In this document: one piece after another, positions 17,202 to 25,239 of the stretch
Position numbering within the stretch: position 1 is the stretch's first letter
Layout of the letters: the number at the start of each line of letters is the position of its first letter
NCBI GenBank assembly: GCA_964513235.1
Contig: CAZEMI010000017.1
Location: 13,835-77,834, forward strand
Length of the DNA stretch: 64,000 bases
Source: an uncultured Acidobacterium sp.
GTDB taxonomy: Bacteria; Acidobacteriota; Vicinamibacteria; Vicinamibacterales; UBA2999
Direction of reading: 5' to 3'
Made by a program: the position numbers and the translations under genes
Notes under the pieces: model-generated
Database searches by the model: none
Told to the model about the DNA's origin: nothing
Seen by the model: only the letters and a program-made list of their open reading frames with translations

Positions 17202-17516
17202 ATGGACGCGATCGCGGAGATCAAGCGCCTCTACTACGGGGCCACCAAGGCGACGATTCAGAAAGACATTGAGCGCGCCATCGATCTCTTGAAATCGTTG
17301 TCCAGCGAGGAAGAGCGCGAGCGCGCTGCGGTGTATATGGATGGCCTGTCCCAGATGCGGTCGGAGTGGTCCCAGGCAAATCGCGGTGGGGTGTCGCCTA
17401 GTCCGAGCTGGGCTTCCCGCCCGACTGGTTCTTCACATTCCGCTTCCGCGCCGCCAAACGGAGCGCCTCGGGGACGTTCCGGTCGGTCGCCAGCTTCTTC
17501 ACGTCGGACTCGTTAA
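17202..17516 (+). CDS. Hypothetical small protein (3' end uncertain)
   Basis: The first ~60 codons look coding (MDAIAEIKRLYYGATKATIQKDIERAIDLLKSLSSEEERERAAVYMDGLSQMRSEW). The last ~40 codons overlap the convergent gene and look like an antisense-frame artefact. No Shine-Dalgarno sequence is visible. Confidence 0.3.
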   Translation: MDAIAEIKRLYYGATKATIQKDIERAIDLLKSLSSEEERERAAVYMDGLSQMRSEWSQANRGGVSPSPSWASRPTGSSHSASAPPNGAPRGRSGRSPASSRRTR

Positions 17517-18201
17517 GCCGCTGTAGCAGGTTCATCGTAATCGCCACTGGCGTCTTGGAGTTCTTCACCAGCGCCAGTACGACCGTGTAGCTTTTGGTCC
17601 AGGCGCGCGACTGCGCAATGGTCCGGAGAATTTCCTCGGAAACATTTCCCATCTTCGCGAACGCCTCGACCTCGGCGTCGTTGACCTTCGGACAGCTCAA
17701 CACTGCCGAGGCCACCATCCGGTTCGGATCACGAATCAGGATGGAGCGCATCTCGCGCGTGCCCTTGGTGGCGCACTTCACTTTTTCGGGCACCGTCATC
17801 GAACTGAGCCGCTGCTGGAAGGTCTGCGTCTTCTCTTCCTCCGTGGAGCCCTGGAGCTCCTGAGCGAGATCACTGGTATCGATCAGCGCGTCGTCGGTAT
17901 CAGGTGCCGGTACGGCCGCCGGCGCGATGCCGCGCCTGATGAAAAATTCGCGAATCTCCGTCGGGGCGTCCGACCGCGCAATGTAGCCGGCAATGAGATC
18001 CGAAGGCAGGATCGACAGCGTTTGCTCCGCGGTTTGCCGGATCTCGCTGTCGGCGTCGCCGGTCAGCACCATCAGGATGCCCAGCTGCTCCATCGGACGC
18101 GGCGCGATGGCGCCCTGCGCGGCGAGCAGCTTGACGTCACGCGCAACTTCGCCGCGCCGGAAAAAATCCAGCATGGGCGTTCTGAGTCCGGCTTCTGCCA
18201 T
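17398..18201 (-). CDS. Hypothetical HEAT / leucine-rich-variant-like repeat protein
   Basis: 267 aa of helical-repeat-like sequence (VLSCPKVNDAEVEAFAKMGNVSEEILRTIAQSRAWTKSYTVVLALVKNSKTPVAITMNLLQRL). I recognise no specific family. Confidence 0.6.
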   Translation of the reverse strand: MAEAGLRTPMLDFFRRGEVARDVKLLAAQGAIAPRPMEQLGILMVLTGDADSEIRQTAEQTLSILPSDLIAGYIARSDAPTEIREFFIRRGIAPAAVPAPDTDDALIDTSDLAQELQGSTEEEKTQTFQQRLSSMTVPEKVKCATKGTREMRSILIRDPNRMVASAVLSCPKVNDAEVEAFAKMGNVSEEILRTIAQSRAWTKSYTVVLALVKNSKTPVAITMNLLQRLNESDVKKLATDRNVPEALRLAARKRNVKNQSGGKPSSD

Positions 18202-18236
18202 ACATCAGTAGTGGGTTAAGGGCACTGGTGCTGTCA

Positions 18237-18297
18237 AGGCAAAAGGCTGAAGGCAAGAAGCAGATTCATCTGCCTTCTGCCTCGTGCCTGTTGCCTT
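18237..18297. repeat. Inverted pair of 4 x heptamer arrays forming a long imperfect hairpin
   Basis: AAGGCAA AAGGCTG AAGGCAA GAAGCAG - ATTCAT - CTGCCTT CTGCCTC GTGCCTG TTGCCTT. About 21 of 28 positions can pair. It sits just downstream of the rodZ stop on the minus strand. Confidence 0.75.
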
Positions 18298-18298
18298 T

Positions 18299-19060
18299 CT
18301 AGTATTGGACCAAGAAATCCTGGTAATCGTCGCGGCCGATGCGTGCCGAGAGCACGTCGCCAGGCGCGCCGAGCAGGCGCCCGGACTGGCCGTTGATACT
18401 GAATTGCACGGCCGAGGCGTTGTCGCCGAGCAGCCACAGTTCGTCGCCCAGCTCGATCGGCACGGTTTCACCGGGCTCCATGATGCGTCCGAGAATCTCG
18501 GTGCCGTCGGCGACGACGCGCAACCGGCAGCGCGAGGAGATCGTCAACGTGACGACCACGGGACGCGGCACGGCCAGCGGTGTTTCGATCAAACCCGCCA
18601 CCGGCAGAATCTCCGCGCGCAGCGGTTCAGCGCGCTGCTCCAGCGTCGAGGGCGGCAGCACCATCACCGGCGCGCGTGGCTCGGGCATCGCGAAATACAA
18701 AAAGCCCGCGGCCATCGGCAACGCGGCGCTGACAAACGCAAGCGCCTTTTGAAACGATGATGTCGGCTTCGGGGCGACGACCGCGGCCGCCTTCGGCGTC
18801 GCGAGATGGTCGGGATGGAGTGCGGTGAAATCCGCGAGCAGGTGATCGGGGTTGAGTCCGATCTCGCGCGCGACGGCGCGCACGATCGATCGGCGGTAGA
18901 TCCCTTCCGGCAGTTCTGCGATGCGATCGTTTTCGAGTTGCTCGATTACGCGCACCGACAGCTTCGTCGCCTCGGCAAGTTGCCGGTACGACAGGCCTTT
19001 TTCTTCGCGGGCCTGGCGCAGACGGGAAGCGGGATCCGGCGTGCGATGCCGAGCCACCAC
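18299..19060 (-). CDS. rodZ: RodZ-like cytoskeleton protein (HTH + TM + DUF4115-like C-terminus)
   Basis: The N-terminal XRE-type HTH (LRQAREEKGLSYRQLAEATKLSVRVIEQLEN) is followed by a TM segment (AFVSAALPMAAGFLYFA) and a C-terminal beta domain (RLRVVADGTEILGRIMEPGETVPIELGDELWLLGDNASAVQFSINGQ). Confidence 0.8.
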   Translation of the reverse strand: MVARHRTPDPASRLRQAREEKGLSYRQLAEATKLSVRVIEQLENDRIAELPEGIYRRSIVRAVAREIGLNPDHLLADFTALHPDHLATPKAAAVVAPKPTSSFQKALAFVSAALPMAAGFLYFAMPEPRAPVMVLPPSTLEQRAEPLRAEILPVAGLIETPLAVPRPVVVTLTISSRCRLRVVADGTEILGRIMEPGETVPIELGDELWLLGDNASAVQFSINGQSGRLLGAPGDVLSARIGRDDYQDFLVQY

Positions 19061-19124
19061 GTCGACGGTCGGACGTTGGTTGTTTGCCAGAACTGCCTAT
19101 CTTTCAAGGGGGCAGGAGCTAATC

Positions 19125-19793
19125 TTAGGGATCTCGCCGCGCTGAGTCAAAGGCAAAACGCATGTCGATGACTCGTTTCTGCACGAACTCGACGGGTCCT
19201 TGCCCTACTGTCGGGATGAAGGCGCCCACTGCCGCCAACCCGGCCGCGCCGCTTGCCACCAGCATCGGAATCGATAGCAGGTCCAGCCCGCCGATCCCGA
19301 GCACGGGGGTGCCGTGCGCCGCATCGATCACTGTCTCCAACCCCTTCCATTCAAGATAATCGGCCGGCTGTTTCGAGACTGTAGGCATCACCGTGCCGGC
19401 GATGAGGAAATCCGCAGATCGCCGTGCAGCCGCAGTAAGTGGTGTGTGCACCGAGCAACCGATGATGAATCCCTGCGGCGCCAGGCGGCGCACGTGGTCT
19501 GGTGAAAAGGACGATTCTTTCAGGTGCACTCCGGCGGCGTTGGCCGCCAGGGCGACGTCGAAGCGGTCGTTCACCAGAATTTTCGCCGCCGTCTCGCGGC
19601 ACTTAATGGTGATCGACCGAACCAGCCCCGTCAGCCTCGCCGCTCCCAGGTCGGGTTCACGAATTTGCACGAGGTCGATGCCGGCGCGGGCCGCGGCCAC
19701 CACCTGTGCTTCCAGCGCGTCGATGTATTCGTCGGGCCGCGCTCCGATCGCGGCGCCCAGTCGGCGGCGATCGGTCACGAGGCATAAAATCAT
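19125..19793 (-). CDS. thiE: Thiamine-phosphate synthase
   Basis: 222 aa, ThiE-like (ILCLVTDRRRL...DLVQIREPDL...AAGVHL...IGCSVHT...GGL). The ATG overlaps the upstream ORF stop (ATGA). Confidence 0.85.
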   Translation of the reverse strand: MILCLVTDRRRLGAAIGARPDEYIDALEAQVVAAARAGIDLVQIREPDLGAARLTGLVRSITIKCRETAAKILVNDRFDVALAANAAGVHLKESSFSPDHVRRLAPQGFIIGCSVHTPLTAAARRSADFLIAGTVMPTVSKQPADYLEWKGLETVIDAAHGTPVLGIGGLDLLSIPMLVASGAAGLAAVGAFIPTVGQGPVEFVQKRVIDMRFAFDSARRDP

Positions 19794-20017
19794 GGCTGAT
19801 TGCTGATGTCAGATTGCTGATTGATTGAAGATTGCGGATCGTGGGATTTGCGCGGGCCGAGCATGTCGGCCAGCTCCGCCAGGGCGGCCCACACGTTCAC
19901 GAGACCAAGACCGGAAATCGCGCCACGCGTGTAGTTGCTCGTCAACAGGGCCTTCAACGCGGCCGACCACTCCACGAAGTAGTTTCGCTCCCAGAACGCC
20001 GACCACGGGATCAGCAC
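19790..20017 (-). CDS. Small hypothetical (membrane?) protein, start uncertain
   Basis: 75 aa counted from the GTG. The frame is open and hydrophobic for 19 more codons upstream, directly after the TGA of the TPR gene and in the same frame. The C-terminal 13 codons are encoded by a heptamer repeat. Confidence 0.35.
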   Translation of the reverse strand: MLIPWSAFWERNYFVEWSAALKALLTSNYTRGAISGLGLVNVWAALAELADMLGPRKSHDPQSSINQQSDISNQP

Positions 20018-20074
20018 CAGCAGCAGGCCTGTTTCGAGCAGCAGGGCGACGAGGAGGAGCCGCCTGAACAGGGA

Positions 20075-22051
20075 TCAGCCTCGAGCCTGGACTTTGGACA
20101 GGCGCTCGATTTGGCCGGCCACGTCGCGGTAGCCACCCGATTCCGCTTCGAGCTCCACGAAGACCGCAAGCGCGCGGGAATGCTCTCCCACCGATTCCAG
20201 TACCTTGGCCAGGTCGTAGAGCAACGCGCGGCCGGCATCCGGGGTCGGCGCCGGTGCCTCGGCGGCGCGCTCGAGCCACTCGATCGCGTGCTCGGTATCC
20301 TTGCGTTCGAGGTAGAGGCGGCCGAGCATCGAGGCGGCATCAAACCGCTGCCGCGGCGAGCGCGTCGCGGTTTCCAGCGCCTTGATGGCATCGTCGGTCA
20401 TGTCCATCTCGTGATACGTGAGGGCCAGCCGGTAGGCTTCCGCGGCGGCCTCTTCGGAGGATTGGCGATTCGAATCGTCGCGGATGCCGCGGAACACCTG
20501 GTCGAGCGAGCGCGGCGGCGGCGGCACGAGCGGCAACGGCCTGGCGGGCGGCTCCGGCGACGAGAGCGTGCTTTCCTTCTCTTTGGCATCCTCAGCCTTG
20601 GCGGGCGTCGCCGTGTCGAAGCCTTCGTTGAGATCCATCTTCTCGGTGGCCAGGAACGGACTTTCGCCGCTGAGCCGATCGGCGATGATCGCGTCCGGAT
20701 CCCCCTCGCCGAGCATCACCAAGGCGCGTCGGAAGCGATCGAGGTTGGCCTTATTCCACGGCTCGCGCGCGACGAGGTCTTCGCTGATGATCCGGGCCTC
20801 GAGCGCGCGGCCCGACGCGAGATACGCTTCCGCCAACTGCGCCTGCGCCTCGTACATCGTCGATTCGAGCCCGCCATCCACACAGATCTCGACCAGCCGC
20901 ATCAGCGCGATGAGGTGCGAGGGCACTCGGGTGGTGAACTCATGGAGCGCCACCGCCGCGGCCGCGAAATCGTTGGTGGCCAGCGCGGCGTCGGCCACCG
21001 CCTCGATCGGCTGATAGCCGGCGTCGGCGTTGACTTCGGCTAACTTGCAGCCCAGCACGACGGCAGCCTGGGCTTGGTTACTGTCGAGCCGCATGGCCTG
21101 CATAACGGCGGTCTTGCCTTCGGCCAGGCGGTTGCCGCGCAGCTCGATCTCGGCGATCGTCATCCACAACGCCGGATTCGCCCCGGCTGTCTCAGGTGAC
21201 AGGAAGCTCTTGGCTTTGCCCAGGTCGCCACGCGAGACATAGGCGAGGGCGAGTTGGGCCTTGATTTCGATGTTGGTCGGATCGGCGTCTGCGAGCTGGG
21301 CGAGAACCTCCAGCGCCTCGTCACCCTTGCCGGCCTTGGTCAGGGCGTCGGCCACCTCTTTCAGCTCATCGGCGGACTTCGCAAGCGGCCGCGCGGCCAT
21401 CGGGTCGTCGCCGAGGTAGGCGGTGAACAGCCGGCTGCGGAGCTTATCGTCCGACTTATCGAGCTCATACGCCGCCTTCAGCGGAATGAGCGCGTCGGCG
21501 TAGCGCTCCTTCTTTTCGAGCCTGCCGGCAACGTCCTTGTACTCGCGGAGCGCCGTCGTCGTGTCGCCGGAGTCCTGTGCCAGCTTCGCGGCGCGCATGC
21601 GCGCCTCAAAATCCTCGGGGTCGAGCGTGCCGAGGCGAATGGCGATCTCGGTGGCGCCCTTCTTGTCGCCGCGCTTGGCGCGGCGTTCGGCGAGCTGGTT
21701 GAAAAACTGCTTGGCGTCGGCGAGCGTGCCCAGCTTCGCCGCCATGTCGCCGGACTGCAGCATCGAGTACTCGTCGTCCGGCTTGATCTTGAGGATTTTC
21801 TTGTACAGCGCCGCCGCCTTTGGGTAGAACCCCTCTTCGGCGAGGTGGTCGGCTATGCGGATGTATTGCTGAACGCCTTTGTCGACCTGCTTTGCGCGTA
21901 CGTACAAGTCGCCCAGGGCGTTGGCGCTATTCCAGTCGCGCGGCTGCGCTTCGACGACCCTGATGTACTCGGCGATGGCCAGGTCAACGCGTCCCTGTTT
22001 TATGGCCTTTTCCGCGTTCTTCAGCGCGGCTTTACTATCGAACGGCGGCAC
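20075..22051 (-). CDS. Tetratricopeptide repeat protein
   Basis: 658 aa with many TPR-like helical pairs (ALGDLYVRAKQVDKGVQQYIRIADHLAEEGFYPKAAALYKKILKIKPDD...). Confidence 0.8.
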   Translation of the reverse strand: MPPFDSKAALKNAEKAIKQGRVDLAIAEYIRVVEAQPRDWNSANALGDLYVRAKQVDKGVQQYIRIADHLAEEGFYPKAAALYKKILKIKPDDEYSMLQSGDMAAKLGTLADAKQFFNQLAERRAKRGDKKGATEIAIRLGTLDPEDFEARMRAAKLAQDSGDTTTALREYKDVAGRLEKKERYADALIPLKAAYELDKSDDKLRSRLFTAYLGDDPMAARPLAKSADELKEVADALTKAGKGDEALEVLAQLADADPTNIEIKAQLALAYVSRGDLGKAKSFLSPETAGANPALWMTIAEIELRGNRLAEGKTAVMQAMRLDSNQAQAAVVLGCKLAEVNADAGYQPIEAVADAALATNDFAAAAVALHEFTTRVPSHLIALMRLVEICVDGGLESTMYEAQAQLAEAYLASGRALEARIISEDLVAREPWNKANLDRFRRALVMLGEGDPDAIIADRLSGESPFLATEKMDLNEGFDTATPAKAEDAKEKESTLSSPEPPARPLPLVPPPPRSLDQVFRGIRDDSNRQSSEEAAAEAYRLALTYHEMDMTDDAIKALETATRSPRQRFDAASMLGRLYLERKDTEHAIEWLERAAEAPAPTPDAGRALLYDLAKVLESVGEHSRALAVFVELEAESGGYRDVAGQIERLSKVQARG

Positions 22052-22062
22052 AGTGATTGCTC

Positions 22063-22686
22063 TCAGACAATGTTATCAAACAGGGTCGCGGGTCTGAATG
22101 TGCGGCGATGCTGCGGCGAGTAGCCAAACCGTGCAACCGCTGCGAGGTGGTCGGCCGTCGCGTACCCCTTATGTCGGTCGTATCCGTATCTGGGGTCAGC
22201 GGCGTGAAGCGCGTGCATTAATCGATCCCGCGTCACTTTCGCGACGATCGACGCCGCGGCGATGGCCGACGCGCGGCGATCCCCGCCGATCACGCTCTTC
22301 TGAGCCATCGGTAATGACGGAATTCGGAAGGCATCCACCAAAACTGCATCCGGCAGCGGCGCCAGAGCGAGCACCGCGCGGCGCATGGCCTGCAGCGTGG
22401 CCTGGTGGATGTTGATGCGATCGATCTCGTCCGGATCGATCGAAGTGACCGACCATGAGACACATTTCCGACAAATTTCGTCGTGGAGGCGGTTGCGCTG
22501 GGCGGCGGTGCAGGCCTTCGAATCGGCGAGGCCGTCGATGCGGCGATCGGGGTGAAGAATCACGGCGCCGGCCATCACCGGTCCGGCAAGGCATCCCCGG
22601 CCCACTTCGTCCACACCCGCCACCGCCACGAACCCGTAGCGGTGGAGTGCGTTTTCGATGTTCTTGCGGGCCGAGACCTTACGCAT
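22063..22686 (-). CDS. rnhB: Ribonuclease HII
   Basis: 207 aa (VAGVDEVGRGCLAGPV...ADSKACTAAQR...DAVLVDA...ASIVAKVTRD). Confidence 0.9.
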   Translation of the reverse strand: MRKVSARKNIENALHRYGFVAVAGVDEVGRGCLAGPVMAGAVILHPDRRIDGLADSKACTAAQRNRLHDEICRKCVSWSVTSIDPDEIDRINIHQATLQAMRRAVLALAPLPDAVLVDAFRIPSLPMAQKSVIGGDRRASAIAAASIVAKVTRDRLMHALHAADPRYGYDRHKGYATADHLAAVARFGYSPQHRRTFRPATLFDNIV

Positions 22687-22705
22687 AGGTGCAGCGAACG
22701 CACCG

Positions 22706-22768
22706 TGTGCACATGCTGCACGGGGTGCACATGGTGCACATTGTGCACTCTGCGCACATTGTGCACCT
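22706..22768. repeat. 9-nt tandem repeat x7 built on the GTGCAC palindrome
   Basis: GTGTGCACA TGCTGCACG GGGTGCACA TGGTGCACA TTGTGCACT CTGCGCACA TTGTGCACC, with exact 9-nt phasing, in the rplS-rnhB spacer. Confidence 0.9.
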
Positions 22769-22777
22769 ACTTAATTC

Positions 22778-23146
22778 TTAGTTCGTCTTTTTGACTTCCT
22801 TCATGCGCGCGGCTTTCCCCTTCAGTTCGCGCAGGAAATACAGCTTGGCGCGGCGGACCTTCGCCGACCGGACCACCTCGACACGCTGGATCGTCGGCGA
22901 ATGCAGCGGGAAGATGCGCTCCACGCCCTGGCTGAACGACACCTTGCGCACCGTGAACGTGGCGCGGTTACCGCCGCGGCGCAAGCCGATGATCACACCC
23001 TCGAAGATCTGGATGCGCTCCTTGTCGCCTTCCTTGACCCGCACGTGCACACGCACCGTGTCACCCGCCTTGAGGCGCGGCCGCTCGGTCAGTTGCGCCT
23101 TCTCCACCAACTCCATCGCCGTCATGACTTGCTCCTTTTCAACCAC
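22778..23146 (-). CDS. rplS: 50S ribosomal protein L19
   Basis: 122 aa ([46 protein letters not shown]). Confidence 0.95.
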   Translation of the reverse strand: MVEKEQVMTAMELVEKAQLTERPRLKAGDTVRVHVRVKEGDKERIQIFEGVIIGLRRGGNRATFTVRKVSFSQGVERIFPLHSPTIQRVEVVRSAKVRRAKLYFLRELKGKAARMKEVKKTN

Positions 23147-23850
23147 TCTCGTTCGTCCGCATCGAGCGCCGCGGTGGCCAGCAGGTCCGGCCGCCGCTCC
23201 TGCGTGCGTTGCAGCGCCGTCTCGCGGCGCCAGCGACGAATCTCGGCATGATGCCCGGACAACAACACCTCGGGCACCGGCCGCCCTTCGTACTCCGCCG
23301 GCCTCGTGTAGTGCGGGTAATCGAGCAGCCCGCGCGTAAACGAATCCGCTTCCACCGACTGATCGTCGCCCACCACGCCGGGTCTCAGCCGCGCCACCGC
23401 GTCGACGACCGCCAGCGCCGGCATTTCGCCGCCCGACAACACGTAGTCGCCGATCGAAATCTCTTCGGTCGCGAGCGCCTCACGCACCCGCTCGTCGATC
23501 CCTTCGTATCGCCCGCACAACAGGACGATGTGGCCCAGCGTGGCCAGCCGCTTCGCGCCCTGCTGCGTGAACCGCTCGCCCGCCGGCGACAGCAGGATCA
23601 CCGCATCGGGCGTGCCGCGCCGCGCCCGAATCGCGCCGAGCGCCGCGAAAAACGGCTCGGGCTTCATCACCATGCCCGGCCCGCCGCCAAACGGCACGTC
23701 GTCGACGACGTGATGCTTGTCGGTGGTGAAGTCGCGCAGGTTGTGGACCACGATGTCCAGTAACCCCGCCGTGCGGGCGCGTCCCACGACGCCTTCGGTG
23801 AGTCCCGCCTCCACCATCTTCGGGAAGATCGTGATGACGTCGACCTTCAC
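23122..23850 (-). CDS. trmD: tRNA (guanine37-N1)-methyltransferase
   Basis: 242 aa ([12 protein letters not shown]...[17 protein letters not shown]...[13 protein letters not shown]). Confidence 0.95.
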   Translation of the reverse strand: MKVDVITIFPKMVEAGLTEGVVGRARTAGLLDIVVHNLRDFTTDKHHVVDDVPFGGGPGMVMKPEPFFAALGAIRARRGTPDAVILLSPAGERFTQQGAKRLATLGHIVLLCGRYEGIDERVREALATEEISIGDYVLSGGEMPALAVVDAVARLRPGVVGDDQSVEADSFTRGLLDYPHYTRPAEYEGRPVPEVLLSGHHAEIRRWRRETALQRTQERRPDLLATAALDADEREWLKRSKS

Positions 23851-23853
23851 CTG

Positions 23854-24423
23854 CTAACCCTTTGCCTCGCTCCGCTTCGGCGGTCGCCATTCCCCGTTCA
23901 ACTCGAGTAATCCTTCCGGCGGCCGCACCGTGATGCGCCCGGCCGCCAGGTCGATCGAGCAAATCTCATCCGCCAGCGGAATCAGCACGTCGTTCCGCGG
24001 GCTCTTCACGACCAGTCGCGTGTTGCCGCGGTCGCCCTCCACCGCGGTCACTTCGCCGACCGGGTCGCCGCCCTCCGTCACCACGGAGCAGCCAATTAGG
24101 TCGCGATGGAAGTACTCGCCCTCTTCCAGGAGCTCGGCGTCGCTCTCGTCTTCGGCGATCCGCAACTCACGTCCCGCCAGGAGCTCGGCGTCGTCCATCG
24201 AACCGATCCCCTTGAACAGGATCAACGGCCGCCCCTGATGCATCCGCATCGTCGCCACTTCCAGCGTGTCGAGGCTGCCGTCTCTCGCGCGCGACCAGAG
24301 CCGCGCGCCCTGCTTGAATCGTTCTTCGGGGAAGTCGGTTTCCGCGTTGATCGCCACCTCACCCTTGTTCCCGTGCGTCCTGGCCACGACGCCCACGAGA
24401 ATCGCGTCGTCCCACTCGCTCAT
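23854..24423 (-). CDS. rimM: 16S rRNA processing protein RimM
   Basis: RimM-like (VGVVARTHGNKGEVAINAETDFPEERF...) with a PRC barrel. I prefer the ATG at 24423 (MSEWDD) over the track TTG at 24429. Confidence 0.9.
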   Translation of the reverse strand: MSEWDDAILVGVVARTHGNKGEVAINAETDFPEERFKQGARLWSRARDGSLDTLEVATMRMHQGRPLILFKGIGSMDDAELLAGRELRIAEDESDAELLEEGEYFHRDLIGCSVVTEGGDPVGEVTAVEGDRGNTRLVVKSPRNDVLIPLADEICSIDLAAGRITVRPPEGLLELNGEWRPPKRSEAKG

Positions 24424-24431
24424 TTGCAACT

Positions 24432-24455
24432 CCCGGATCCCGGATCCCGGATCCC
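24432..24455. repeat. Heptamer tandem repeat CCCGGAT x3
   Basis: CCCGGAT CCCGGAT CCCGGAT CCC in the KH-rimM spacer. It abuts REP copy B. Confidence 0.85.
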
Positions 24456-24500
24456 GCCCCTCGACTCCGCTCGGGGCGGCCCTGAGCTTGCCGAAGGGCC
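24454..24500. repeat. REP-like two-hairpin element, copy B
   Basis: Hairpin 1 is CCGCCCC-TCGACTCCGCTC-GGGGCGG. Hairpin 2 is GGCCCT-GAGCTTGCCGA-AGGGCC. Confidence 0.75.
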
Positions 24501-24508
24501 GGATTCCG

Positions 24509-24763
24509 TCAGCTTCGCCCTGATTGATCTCGAATATCGAGACTAACCCGCTTGTCGTCGGCCTCCGCGGCGCTGGACAACAGCGTGCGCAACGCCGCCG
24601 CCGTGCGGCCCTGGCGTCCGATCACACGGCCAAGGTCAGTCGACGCGACCTGCAGCTCGTACACCGTGCCGCCGCGCCGCTCCGATTCTCGGACGCTGAC
24701 CGCCTCCGGTTGATCGGCGAGCGCTTTCGCGACCGTCTCGATGAGTCCCTTGAGATCCGCCAC
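24509..24763 (-). CDS. KH-domain RNA-binding protein (UPF0109/YlqC-like)
   Basis: 84 aa (DLGRVIGRQGRTAAALRTLL) in the conserved position between rpsP and rimM. Confidence 0.85.
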   Translation of the reverse strand: MADLKGLIETVAKALADQPEAVSVRESERRGGTVYELQVASTDLGRVIGRQGRTAAALRTLLSSAAEADDKRVSLDIRDQSGRS

Positions 24764-24772
24764 GATGTGTCC

Positions 24773-25144
24773 TTACTCGATGGGCGCAGTGGGCGCCGTC
24801 GGTTCCGCCGTCACCCCTCGACCTTGGTCGTCCCTCGACTGCGCTCGGGACGACCCTGAGCTGGTCGAAGGGTCGGGGCCAGCCGGCGTTGCGGCGACCG
24901 CGCGGTCGCGCGTCAGGTGCTTGGACAGCAGCGTCCGGACCGAGTCCGACGGGCGCGCGCCCTTCGCGATCCAGTGCGTGATGCGTTCCTTGTTGATTTC
25001 CACGACGGCGGGCTTGGTGCGCGGATTGTAGAAACCGAGCACTTCGATGAACTCGCCTTCCTTCTTCGAACGGGCCTCGGACACGACCACGCGGAAAAAC
25101 GGACGCTTCTTCGAACCGGTGCGGCGGAGACGAATCGACAACAT
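24773..25144 (-). CDS. rpsP: 30S ribosomal protein S16 with C-terminal extension
   Basis: MLSIRLRRTGSKKRPFFRVVV...FYNP...HWIAKGARPSD, with the ATG at 25144 chosen. A tail of about 45 aa follows the S16 domain and is partly encoded by REP copy C. Confidence 0.9.
   Translation of the reverse strand: MLSIRLRRTGSKKRPFFRVVVSEARSKKEGEFIEVLGFYNPRTKPAVVEINKERITHWIAKGARPSDSVRTLLSKHLTRDRAVAATPAGPDPSTSSGSSRAQSRDDQGRGVTAEPTAPTAPIE
24814..24876. repeat. REP-like two-hairpin element, copy C (inside the rpsP 3' coding region)
   Basis: Hairpin 1 is GGTCGTCCC-TCGACTGCGCTC-GGGACGACC. Hairpin 2 is GACCCT-GAGCTGGTCGA-AGGGTC. Outer arms are CCCCTCGACC / GGTCGAAGGG. Confidence 0.75.
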
Positions 25145-25239
25145 GACTACTCTCTTTGCGGCGCTACTGGGCCGCGCTTCGGGTTCACTGCTGCTCGCCA
25201 CGATCCCCCGCCTCAAGGCCGGGGCTATCTGCGGGCTCT

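Noticed and set aside
22706-22768. Interpreting the GTGCAC 9-mer array as NtrC/NtrX binding sites (TGCACC-N5-GGTGCA type)
   Set aside because: The half-site spacing here (TGCAC-N3/4-GTGCA) does not fit the 17-bp NtrC consensus, and no sigma-54 promoter is evident downstream. The observation stays, without that interpretation.
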